Positions 19,582 through 26,955 of a DNA stretch of 64,000 nucleotides are shown in pieces. Source of the DNA: Bacillota bacterium (lineage in GTDB: Bacteria; Bacillota; Clostridia; TANB77; CAG-508); assembly GCA_963929915.1 (NCBI GenBank), contig CAWVJY010000002.1:17798-81797 (forward strand). The letters are read 5' to 3'. Each line of letters begins with the position of its first letter. Position 1 is the first letter of the stretch. A model generated the notes under the pieces. It was given only the letters and a program-made list of their open reading frames with translations. It searched no databases and was not told the origin of the DNA. The translations under genes and the position numbers were made by a program.

Positions 19582-19854
19582 ATGGAAGAAAAACGGATTA
19601 CTTTAACTCTGGCAGCATATGGCATCGTTTCTGTGGCGGAGGTTGATACTCCTATGGAGTATATCCTCAAATTTACCGTTTCGGAAGAAGTATATGCTAC
19701 TCTTCATCCCATTTTTATGGGACTGGGAGCTGATTTTTCTTCTGAAGACTACCTGCTTTATCAGTTTGGTGACAAAGAAAACCCGAGTGGCGATCCGGAA
19801 GGAACCATTGCTATGGTTCTGGAAAGAATTGCACATCTAGTACCTGAAGCATAG
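19582..19854 (+). CDS. small acidic hypothetical protein (90 aa) on a GC-rich islet
   Basis: RBS AAAGGAG upstream of ATG 19582. Codon usage is clearly GC-richer than the neighbours. No recognisable family. Confidence 0.5.
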   Translation: MEEKRITLTLAAYGIVSVAEVDTPMEYILKFTVSEEVYATLHPIFMGLGADFSSEDYLLYQFGDKENPSGDPEGTIAMVLERIAHLVPEA

Positions 19855-19928
19855 TAAAATTTTTTTGATTGATACCAACTATTAACCAATATCTCCTAGC
19901 ACTTAGGCTAAATAATTTAACTTAAGGA

Positions 19929-19992
19929 AAGAGGTTTTCTAGTTTTTATTATCTACTTAAAAAGTAGTAATAAAAAATTTAGAAAACCTCTT
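19929..19992. terminator. long nested palindrome / bidirectional terminator between convergent genes
   Basis: AAGAGGTTTTCTA (19929-19941) pairs with TAGAAAACCTCTT (19980-19992). It encloses an inner hairpin TTATTATCTACTT-AAAA-AGTAGTAATAA. Confidence 0.6.
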
Positions 19993-20076
19993 CTTATTTT
20001 TTAGTTTTTAATTTTAAATCCTAATTTACCTAATCTTGCTTTACCTTTTAAACACAAAATTCTATTTTAGATAGGC

Positions 20077-21987
20077 CTATTGTTCAAAATTTTCTACTTC
20101 TTTTTGCACTTTTGCTATAAAGTCTTGTAATTGCATTTGACCAATATCTCCATCTTTTCTAGAACGTACTCCTACTGCATTTGCTTCTACTTCTTTATCT
20201 CCTAATATTAGCATGTATGGAATTTTTTGAAGTTGTGCTTCACGGATTTTGTATCCTATTTTTTCTTGTCTGTCATCTAATTCTACACGAATACCATTTT
20301 TTTCTAATTCTGCTTTTAGTTTTTCTGCATATTGTTTATGGCTATCTGCAATTGGTAATAATTTTACTTGTACTGGTGCAAGCCAAGTTGGAAATGCACC
20401 TGCATAATGTTCTATTAAAATACCAATAAATCTTTCTATACTTCCAAAAACTACTCTATGAAGCATAACTGGTCTATGTTTTTCTCCATCTTCTCCAATA
20501 TAGGTTAAGTCAAATCTTTCTGGCATTTGGAAATCTAATTGGATGGTTCCACATTGCCAATCTCTTCCTAAACAATCTTTAATATGGAAGTCAATTTTTG
20601 GACCATAGAAAGCTCCATCTCCTTCATTTAATTGATATTCCATGCCTTGGTCTTCTAATGCTTTCTTTAAAGCATTTTCTGCCATGTTCCAATCTTCATC
20701 AGAACCCATGGAATCTTCTGGTCTAGTAGATAATTCTACTGTATAACTAAATCCAAAAATGCTATAAACTTCATTAATTAAATGCATTAAGTTTACAATT
20801 TCAGATTCAATTTGGTCTGGCAAACAGAAAATATGAGCATCATCTTGTGTAAAACATCTAACTCTAAATAACCCATTTAATTGACCAGATTTTTCGTGTC
20901 TATGAACTAAACCAAGCTCTCCTAAACGAATTGGAAATTCTTTATAAGAATGCATTTTACTTTTATAAACTAACATTCCACCTGGGCAGTTCATTGGTTT
21001 TAAAGCATAGTCTTGTTCATCTATTTTAGTTGTATACATGTTATCTTTGTAATGATCCCAGTGACCTGAACGATGCCATAATTCTTCATTTAAAATCATT
21101 GGGGTTTTAATTTCTTGATATCCATTTGCAATATGTTTTTTTCTCCAGAAATCTTCCAAAATATTACGAAGTACCATTCCCTTTGGTAAAAAGAATGGGA
21201 AACCTGGTCCTTCTGGTAATAGCATAAATAATTCTAATTCTTTTCCTAATTTTTTATGATCTCTTTTCTTTGCTTCTTCAAGCATATTTAAGTATTCTTC
21301 TAACATACTTGCTTTAGGGAAAGAAATACCATAAATTCTTTGAAGAGTTTGTTTTGTTTCGTCCCCTCTCCAATAAGAAGATGATGAACTTAATAATTTA
21401 AATGCTTTTATACCACCAGTACTCATAATATGAGGACCTGCACAAAGCTCTTTAAACTCACCCTGGTCATAAAAACTAATTTCTTCTCCTTCTGGTAGCT
21501 CTTCAATTAATTCTACTTTGTATGGTTCTTTTCTATCTTGCATTAATTGAATGGCTTCTTGTCTTGGAAGAGTATATCTTGTAATTTCAAGATTTTCTTT
21601 TATAATTTTTTTCATTTCTTCTTCTATTTTAGCAATTTCTTCTTCTGTAAAAGGTTTTTCTACATCAAAATCATAGTAGAAACCATTTGCAATAGAAGGG
21701 CCTATTGTTAATTTTACACTATCCCCATAAATTCTTTTAATAGCTTGTGCCATAATATGAGAAGTAGTATGCCAATATGCTTTTTTACCATCTTCGTCAT
21801 CAAAAGTCAAAATTTCTAACTTACAATCTTTTTGTAGCTCGGTACGTAAATCTTTTACCTCTCCATCTACCCTGCCAGCCATAGCATTTCTAGCTAGTCC
21901 TTCACTAATTTGTTTTGCAACTTCTAAAATAGAGCTACCTTCTTTTACCTCTATTTTAGAACCATCTTTTAATTCTACTTTTATCAT
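20077..21987 (-). CDS. thrS: threonyl-tRNA synthetase
   Basis: TGS domain start MIKVELKDGSKIEV, editing-domain HTTSHIMAQA, class II core and C-terminal anticodon-binding domain. ATG 21987 is preceded by AGGAGG. The 20 extra N-terminal codons in the ORF track read through a repeat element. Confidence 0.93.
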   Translation of the reverse strand: MIKVELKDGSKIEVKEGSSILEVAKQISEGLARNAMAGRVDGEVKDLRTELQKDCKLEILTFDDEDGKKAYWHTTSHIMAQAIKRIYGDSVKLTIGPSIANGFYYDFDVEKPFTEEEIAKIEEEMKKIIKENLEITRYTLPRQEAIQLMQDRKEPYKVELIEELPEGEEISFYDQGEFKELCAGPHIMSTGGIKAFKLLSSSSSYWRGDETKQTLQRIYGISFPKASMLEEYLNMLEEAKKRDHKKLGKELELFMLLPEGPGFPFFLPKGMVLRNILEDFWRKKHIANGYQEIKTPMILNEELWHRSGHWDHYKDNMYTTKIDEQDYALKPMNCPGGMLVYKSKMHSYKEFPIRLGELGLVHRHEKSGQLNGLFRVRCFTQDDAHIFCLPDQIESEIVNLMHLINEVYSIFGFSYTVELSTRPEDSMGSDEDWNMAENALKKALEDQGMEYQLNEGDGAFYGPKIDFHIKDCLGRDWQCGTIQLDFQMPERFDLTYIGEDGEKHRPVMLHRVVFGSIERFIGILIEHYAGAFPTWLAPVQVKLLPIADSHKQYAEKLKAELEKNGIRVELDDRQEKIGYKIREAQLQKIPYMLILGDKEVEANAVGVRSRKDGDIGQMQLQDFIAKVQKEVENFEQ

Positions 21988-22004
21988 GTTTTCCTCCTTC
22001 TTCT

Positions 22005-22046
22005 GGGGACGGTTCTCAGTGGCCCCTAAAGGGGTCACTTGGGACA
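22005..22046. repeat. GGGGACGG-family repeat, type B-like, in the thrS 5' UTR
   Basis: GGGGACGGTTCTCAGTGGCCCC-TAAA-GGGGTCACTTGGGACA. Lies between the T-box terminator and the thrS RBS. Confidence 0.85.
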
Positions 22047-22059
22047 CTTCATGACAACT

Positions 22060-22300
22060 AAAATGTATTGTATCCCTTTAACAATAAAAATACTCCTAAA
22101 ATATATTTTCCATATATTTTAGGAGTGCTTTTATAACACGGTTCCATCCCTTAAATTTACTTAATTACTTCTTTAACGCAGAAATACGTCTAGTTTTTGC
22201 TAGAAACAATGAGGTAGTTTTTCAAATCCGTTTATTTAGACTAGCTTTCAGCCTATGACTAATCTTCTCTTTTAACAACCTTGATTTTACTTTGTCTCAT
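22060..22300 (-). promoter_or_regulatory. T-box riboswitch leader of thrS with intrinsic terminator
   Basis: Minus strand has AAUUUAAGGGAUGGAACCGUG (22137-22158), matching the T-box consensus AAnnnGGGUGGUACCGCG. It is followed by terminator ACTCCTAAAATATAT-loop-ATATATTTTAGGAGT (22091-22127) plus a U-run. Upstream there is an AGAGA-like element and an ACU/ACC-containing candidate specifier region. Confidence 0.8.
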
Positions 22301-22330
22301 TTTTGTCTTTTTCTTTATCACTTAAAATGA

Positions 22331-22359
22331 ATTATACTCTTTTTTTGAGCAGTAGTCAA
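22331..22359 (-). promoter_or_regulatory. thrS promoter
   Basis: Minus strand: TTGACT (22354-22359), 17-nt spacer, TATAAT (22331-22336). Confidence 0.6.
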
Positions 22360-22372
22360 GAAATTTAAAAAA

Positions 22373-22459
22373 TTTTTACATTTTTTTTGCTTTTAAATAG
22401 CTTTTTCTCGGTAACTAGAAGTTACTTTTTCTAAATAGAATTTATTTTTACAATTGACC
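22373..22459. mobile_element. solo terminal fragment (about 85 bp) of the inner IS element, inverted relative to the 12917 copy
   Basis: The reverse complement of 22381-22459 matches 12917-12995 (GGTCAATTGTAAAAATAAATT..GCAAAAAAA) with 2 mismatches by eye. No transposase is attached. Confidence 0.8.
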
Positions 22460-22488
22460 AAAAATTATGAAAAAAATGTAATAATGTC

Positions 22489-22761
22489 TTAAGTAAAGAA
22501 ATGAGAAAATGTCCCAAAAATTTCAAAATAATTGCTTCTTACTTTTCCATATAGCATAACTAAATCCCATTTTTTTAAATTTCTATAAATATAGTCTGCT
22601 ACATCATCATATGCTCTTGCATAAATAATGTTATTATCCTTTTCTATAATAAGTTTCACAATAGATGTATGTTTTCTACTAATGCTTTTTTCTTTTGTAT
22701 TATAAATAAATTCTAATTTTATTTCATTTTTTATATTTCCACCTATAAATCCAATATTCAT
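22489..22761 (-). CDS. small hypothetical protein (90 aa), possibly OB-fold/SSB-like
   Basis: ATG 22761 has RBS GGGAGAA. ARAYDDVADYIYRNLKKWDLVMLYGKVRS loosely resembles the SSB OB-fold segment (W..lAE.v..yLkKG..v.v.G.l..). Lies downstream of the DGR TR on the same strand. Confidence 0.4.
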   Translation of the reverse strand: MNIGFIGGNIKNEIKLEFIYNTKEKSISRKHTSIVKLIIEKDNNIIYARAYDDVADYIYRNLKKWDLVMLYGKVRSNYFEIFGTFSHFFT

Positions 22762-23047
22762 AAGTTTTTCTCCCATTCTTAATAACATAAAAGTAATACA
22801 TTCAGCATAATCTATACTCGATTTTCTTTTTATAATATAAAACCAAACATTTCATAACTTACTAATATTACTTTTATTGATACATTTTTACCTACTTACC
22901 ATATCTTTGTATTAATTTCATCATGTACCTTATCATTACTGTATATAATGCCAATTAATATGATTTTTTGGAAGGAATAAATCTCTTTAATACTAATACT
23001 ATCACTGAATATATTCCGTAAAATATATTATCTGGAAATTGTATTAG

Positions 23048-23187
23048 AGTGTGGGTCTGGTGGAGATGTTGGAATTGTTGTCGTTGTTCGGATTGTTGTT
23101 GTTGCGGTTGGAAGCTGGATTGTTAGAGCCGGAATTGTTGTAATTGCCACCACGATTAACACGATTGTTGGTGTTGTTGGCCTTTTG
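23048..23187 (-). repeat. DGR template repeat (TR)
   Basis: 140 nt, gap-free alignment to 25349-25488. The sense (minus) strand is rich in AAC/AAT codons. All 20 differences from the VR are at sense-strand adenines of this copy. Non-coding location 100 nt downstream of the RT stop. Confidence 0.93.
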
Positions 23188-23288
23188 ATTTATCCCTAAT
23201 TCTTTATTTAATTTTATTATTATTGTAATTTGTATTTTTTATTTTAATTTGTAATTTTACTATTGTTTCATACTAAATTTATATCACT

Positions 23289-24329
23289 TTACTCTATATA
23301 AAATATTTTTTTCGTCAAATTATAGATATTGGCATAATGAATATACCCCATATGTCCTGCTAAATACTTTTTAGCTTCTTTGCTACTTATTTTTCCACTT
23401 TTTATATTGTATTTTAATTCTTTTACTTTTTTCTTAAGTTTTCTTTTTCCCTTATCTCGTATTTTTAGCCTATATTCATTAATTTTATATCCACAAAAAT
23501 TCACTCCTTGTTTGCTTTTAAATATTTGTGTTTTTTCATTAAGTTCTAGTTCTAAATGGAATTTTAAGAACTTCTTAATATTTTTTAAATATGTTTTAGC
23601 TTCTTTTTTTGTTTTTGCAAATAATACCATATCATCGAGATAACGAAAGTAATACTTCACTTTCAAACTATGCTTTATATATTGATCCAATTCATTTAAA
23701 TAGATATTAGCAAAAGTTTGAGATGTATAATTTCCTATTGGTAAACCTTTTCTTTTACCTAATTGGTTTTCTAATTCTTCTTTTGTGCAGTTTGAATAAA
23801 TAATTTCTTGTAATAACCATAATAGCTTTTTATCTGTTATTTTTCTTTTTAATATTTGAAACAAAATATCTTTATCAATATGATCAAAATATTTTCTAAT
23901 ATCCATTTTTAAAATATAATAATTATCCCAAATTCTTTTACAATGTTTCATTGTGTTTTGTACATCAATGCATGCTTTATGCATTCCTCTATTTTTAATG
24001 CAAGCATAGGTATGAAATATAAAGCTTTTTTCGAAATACTGTTTTAAAAAATTATCTACTACCCATCTATGTACAATTCTATCTATATATCTGCTTTTTT
24101 CTATTCTTCTTAATTTTTGTTCTGTTACATAAAAGGTAGTATATCCACCATGCCTATAACTTCCTGTTTTTAATTGTTCATAAAGCCACATAATATATTC
24201 TTCTTGTTTTAAGTTAAATAAGATAATTTCTTTTCTATAGCCTTTACCTTTTCTACTTAACTTATGGGCTTGCATTAGATTTTCATAATTCAGCTTTTTG
24301 TCATATTCATTTTTTATTTTTCTTGCCAT
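23289..24329 (-). CDS. DGR reverse transcriptase
   Basis: RT motifs RKYFDHID, LPIGNYTSQTFANIYL (DGR-type [LIV]GxxxSQ signature) and YLDDMVLF (YxDD). 346 aa with no maturase or endonuclease extension. Confidence 0.92.
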   Translation of the reverse strand: MARKIKNEYDKKLNYENLMQAHKLSRKGKGYRKEIILFNLKQEEYIMWLYEQLKTGSYRHGGYTTFYVTEQKLRRIEKSRYIDRIVHRWVVDNFLKQYFEKSFIFHTYACIKNRGMHKACIDVQNTMKHCKRIWDNYYILKMDIRKYFDHIDKDILFQILKRKITDKKLLWLLQEIIYSNCTKEELENQLGKRKGLPIGNYTSQTFANIYLNELDQYIKHSLKVKYYFRYLDDMVLFAKTKKEAKTYLKNIKKFLKFHLELELNEKTQIFKSKQGVNFCGYKINEYRLKIRDKGKRKLKKKVKELKYNIKSGKISSKEAKKYLAGHMGYIHYANIYNLTKKIFYIE

Positions 24330-24666
24330 AATATTTAATAAGTCCTCCTACTAGTTTTCCTATTTCAGAAATGTATGACATAGCTATATTAAATTTTTTC
24401 TCATCTATCCATCTATTTTTTACCATCAGTCTTAAGAATATCCTTTGGCAATTTAGCTCTACATCTATTTTGTCTATATAATATAGCCTTTTGCTTTCAT
24501 CTATTTTTACAATATACATTACATTTTTTAGCATTTCATACATGGATACCTTATATTCATTACCTATACTAAATTTTTCTGTTCTTGGTAATTTTATTAG
24601 TAGATTTAGCATGTATTCTATATATGTTTCTACTTTTGGTATTAATAATAATCCTTGTTCTTCCAT
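24307..24666 (-). CDS. avd: DGR accessory variability determinant (Avd-like four-helix-bundle protein)
   Basis: 119-aa basic helical protein. LPRTEKFSIGNEY and C-terminal EIGKLVGGLIKY resemble bAvd / 23S rRNA intervening-sequence-protein family motifs. Overlaps the RT start by 23 nt. Confidence 0.8.
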   Translation of the reverse strand: MEEQGLLLIPKVETYIEYMLNLLIKLPRTEKFSIGNEYKVSMYEMLKNVMYIVKIDESKRLYYIDKIDVELNCQRIFLRLMVKNRWIDEKKFNIAMSYISEIGKLVGGLIKYYGKKNKK

Positions 24667-24689
24667 TGTTTTTTATACCATTGTATATT

Positions 24690-25106
24690 TTATAAATTTT
24701 TTATTTTTGCTATTTTTTCGTCTATTAAGTTATGATTTTGTTTAACATTCCAAGAACATTTTGCACAATTAAAACATTTTCTACTTTCTGCTACTGGTGA
24801 TAATATAATTCTTTTTAAAAGTTCATATTTCCTTTCTCTATTTTCTTTTTTGGGATAATATTCATAAATTGCTACAGATATATTTTTTGCTATTATTTTT
24901 CTTATAAATTTATCAATTTTTGCAACTGGTATTGCACACTTACATATATTTTTAGAAATACATATATTATTTAATCCAAATTGTTCTCGTAGTAATACTG
25001 CATCTTTTCCTACTCCATAAAAGAAAATTCCGCAACGTATTAATACCAAATAGTCAATATTTTCTGGCTTATTTTGTATTTCTTCCACAATTTTTAAAAA
25101 CTTCAT
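24690..25106 (-). CDS. small MutS-domain-I-like DGR accessory protein (MSL-type), 138 aa
   Basis: From ATG 25106 (RBS GGAGAA): YLVLIRCGIFFYGVGKDAVLLREQFGLN...CAIPVAKIDKFIRKIIAKNISVAIYE parallels the MutS mismatch-binding domain I pattern (l.f.r.GdFYE.f..DA......L.l.......aGvP.......l..Li..G..VAi.eQ). C-terminal CxxC..C cluster. Confidence 0.5.
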   Translation of the reverse strand: MKFLKIVEEIQNKPENIDYLVLIRCGIFFYGVGKDAVLLREQFGLNNICISKNICKCAIPVAKIDKFIRKIIAKNISVAIYEYYPKKENRERKYELLKRIILSPVAESRKCFNCAKCSWNVKQNHNLIDEKIAKIKNL

Positions 25107-25246
25107 GATTTTCTCCTTTCCTTGTGTTGTATATATTTTTTGACAAAAAAATATATACCACGCAAGTGGTATACCACGCAAGTTAATACTTTCTTGTGGC
25201 ATTTTGCCTTTGGGCAAATGCCAACAAGTAAAGTATTGATTACGTG

Positions 25247-25267
25247 GTACTCCCACATGGGGAGTAC
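25247..25267 (-). other. GC-rich hairpin about 70 nt downstream of the VR / target stop codon
   Basis: GTACTCCC-ACAT-GGGGAGTAC. A stem-loop downstream of the VR is a known feature of DGR target loci. Confidence 0.5.
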
Positions 25268-25335
25268 ACGCAATCCGTTTGTTCTAATTTTTACCCTTTA
25301 GTCAAGTACTATGTTAACTTATCCACTACTCAGTG

Positions 25336-26598
25336 TTACATTATGTAAAGTGTGGGTCTGGTGGAGATGTCGGAATTGTTGTCGTAGAGCGGATGGTTGT
25401 GGCTGCGGTAGGAAGCTGGAGAGTAAGAGCCGGAACTGTAGTAACTGCCACCACGAATAACACGACTGTAGGTGTTGAAGGCCTCTTGGGTCCATTCCGC
25501 ACAATTTCCTGCAAAATCATAAATATTATTTGCTTGCCAACTTTCTTTATATCCTGCTGTTTGTTTTGTTCCTGCTCCTTCTTCTGTATTATCACTATAA
25601 TTTCCCCAACTTGTGGAATTTTCTATATCATATCCTGCTCCTGATAACCAATTACATACTTCATCCCATTGGTTTACATAAATCATTGTTGTTTTTGCTA
25701 TTATTTCACTTTCTTGTTTACCTGAGTTATTAATTATTTTTGTACATGCCGCTTTTAAATTATACCAATTTTGATCTGTTATTACTGTTCCGCCTTTTGC
25801 TACTGTTGGGCTATTTATATCTCCTGTTAGTTCATATCTTCCTATATAAAATCCTCCATATTTTTCTATACTATCATGAATTTCTTGGTACTCATTTACC
25901 ATATCTTGTGCAAATTCTTGCACACTACTTGCTCCATTTATGATACTATAATATTGACTATCTGTATCATATTTCGTTACTAAATCTGGCTCTCTATAAC
26001 CTGTTGTTCCTGGTTTGTCCATTGTATAAATACTAGATTTACTGTATATACTTGTGGTTACTCCTGTTCCTCCTGATAAAGCTACTGTTTCTTCTGTATA
26101 CATTTGTGCTAGCCTTTCTGCACTTACTGGTATCCATACAAATTCATTATTGGTTCCATCTTGTTTAATTACAAATCCTTCTTCTACTTTTTGTTCTTCT
26201 TCTACTGTGGATGCTGTAAATCCATTTGGTATAGGTACATTTACTGATGGTTCATCTTTTGATGGGAATGGTGTTACTTTGCTTAAATCCCAACTTTCTG
26301 GTACTTCTGGACCTTCTGGTGTAACTCCTCCACCTGTTCCAGTTTCATTATTCATTATACTATTTAATTCATTTACTAAATTTTGAATTTCTTGTTGTTC
26401 ATTAGCTATTGCACCATCCCAGGTGTTTTTTGCTTCTTGGGCTGTTCTTATAATTCCATCTTCTCCTAGCAACATATTTATGGTTACTCCTGATAAAATC
26501 AAAAGAATTACTATGGTTACTACTAAGGCTATTAGAGTTATACCTTTTTCATTTTTGCCTTTTCTATATTTTATGCCTTCTTTTTCTCTTCTTTGCAT
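25336..26598 (-). CDS. DGR target protein: prepilin-like N-terminus plus FGE-sulfatase/C-type-lectin-fold C-terminal domain
   Basis: Basic leader then KG/ITLIALVVTIVILLILSGV (type IV prepilin-like cleavage and hydrophobic segment). C-terminal GFYIGRYELT...WDEVCNWL...NCAEWTQE...RVIRGGSY pattern of the FGE/SUMF1-type CLec fold. The VR occupies the last 47 codons. Confidence 0.85.
   Translation of the reverse strand: MQRREKEGIKYRKGKNEKGITLIALVVTIVILLILSGVTINMLLGEDGIIRTAQEAKNTWDGAIANEQQEIQNLVNELNSIMNNETGTGGGVTPEGPEVPESWDLSKVTPFPSKDEPSVNVPIPNGFTASTVEEEQKVEEGFVIKQDGTNNEFVWIPVSAERLAQMYTEETVALSGGTGVTTSIYSKSSIYTMDKPGTTGYREPDLVTKYDTDSQYYSIINGASSVQEFAQDMVNEYQEIHDSIEKYGGFYIGRYELTGDINSPTVAKGGTVITDQNWYNLKAACTKIINNSGKQESEIIAKTTMIYVNQWDEVCNWLSGAGYDIENSTSWGNYSDNTEEGAGTKQTAGYKESWQANNIYDFAGNCAEWTQEAFNTYSRVIRGGSYYSSGSYSPASYRSHNHPLYDNNSDISTRPTLYIM
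25349..25488 (-). repeat. DGR variable repeat (VR)
   Basis: Last 47 codons of the target gene (QEAFNTYSRVIRGGSYYSSGSYSPASYRSHNHPLYDNNSDISTRPTL). 120/140 identical to the TR, with mismatches only opposite TR adenines. The 3'-terminal 22 nt are identical to the TR (IMH-like). Confidence 0.93.
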
Positions 26599-26955
26599 TT
26601 TTTTCTTTTCTCCTTTCTCATTTGTTTTTATCGTCTACTTTTTCTTTATGCTTAATTTATATTTTCTCTTAATAATTATTGTTTGTTTAAAGCACATTTT
26701 ATATATTCTCTTAAATTTATCTTTCTATTTTTTCTGTACTATTTACTTCTTCTTTATTCAAACACTTTAAAAATTTTCTTTAAGAACCTTTAGCTGTATT
26801 TGTTCTATACTTTAGCATAAAATATATTCAATTTTCAAAGTGCTTGAATTGGTTTTAGTTAAACCATTTTTATTTTATACTAACTACTTTCTAATTGCAA
26901 GTATTTTTTATAGAATTTTTTCTACAATAAGGTAAAATATTTTTATCTCAAAATT

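Noticed and set aside
21988-22047. 20-codon N-terminal extension of ThrRS (MSQVTPLGATENRPQKKEEN) in the ORF track
   Set aside because: It reads through the GGGGACGG repeat and across the AGGAGG RBS. ATG 21987 (MIKVELKDGS, the normal TGS-domain start) has a proper RBS, so the extension is an artefact.
23289-24329. The RT as a retron or group II intron reverse transcriptase
   Set aside because: A TR/VR pair with adenine-only mismatches, an Avd-like partner and the IGNYTSQ motif indicate a DGR. There is no maturase/X or endonuclease domain, no intron domain V/VI-like RNA, and no msr/msd-type inverted repeats next to it.
25243-25270. CATGGGGAGTAC hairpin as another member of the GGGGACGG repeat family
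   Set aside because: It shares only TGGGGA with the family core and lacks the CGG and the arm sequences. It is more simply explained as the hairpin downstream of the DGR VR.
25319-25644. Three overlapping ORFs (25319-25504 minus, 25333-25644 plus, 25341-25595 minus) over the VR
   Set aside because: They are shadow frames of the target gene's 3' end, produced by the repetitive GC-richer VR sequence. They have no RBS or independent support.
22373-26950. The DGR as part of a prophage
   Set aside because: No integrase, capsid, tail, terminase or lysis genes are visible on either side. The flanks are thrS and trxA. Only an IS end fragment marks one border. A degraded prophage cannot be fully excluded from 64 kb.
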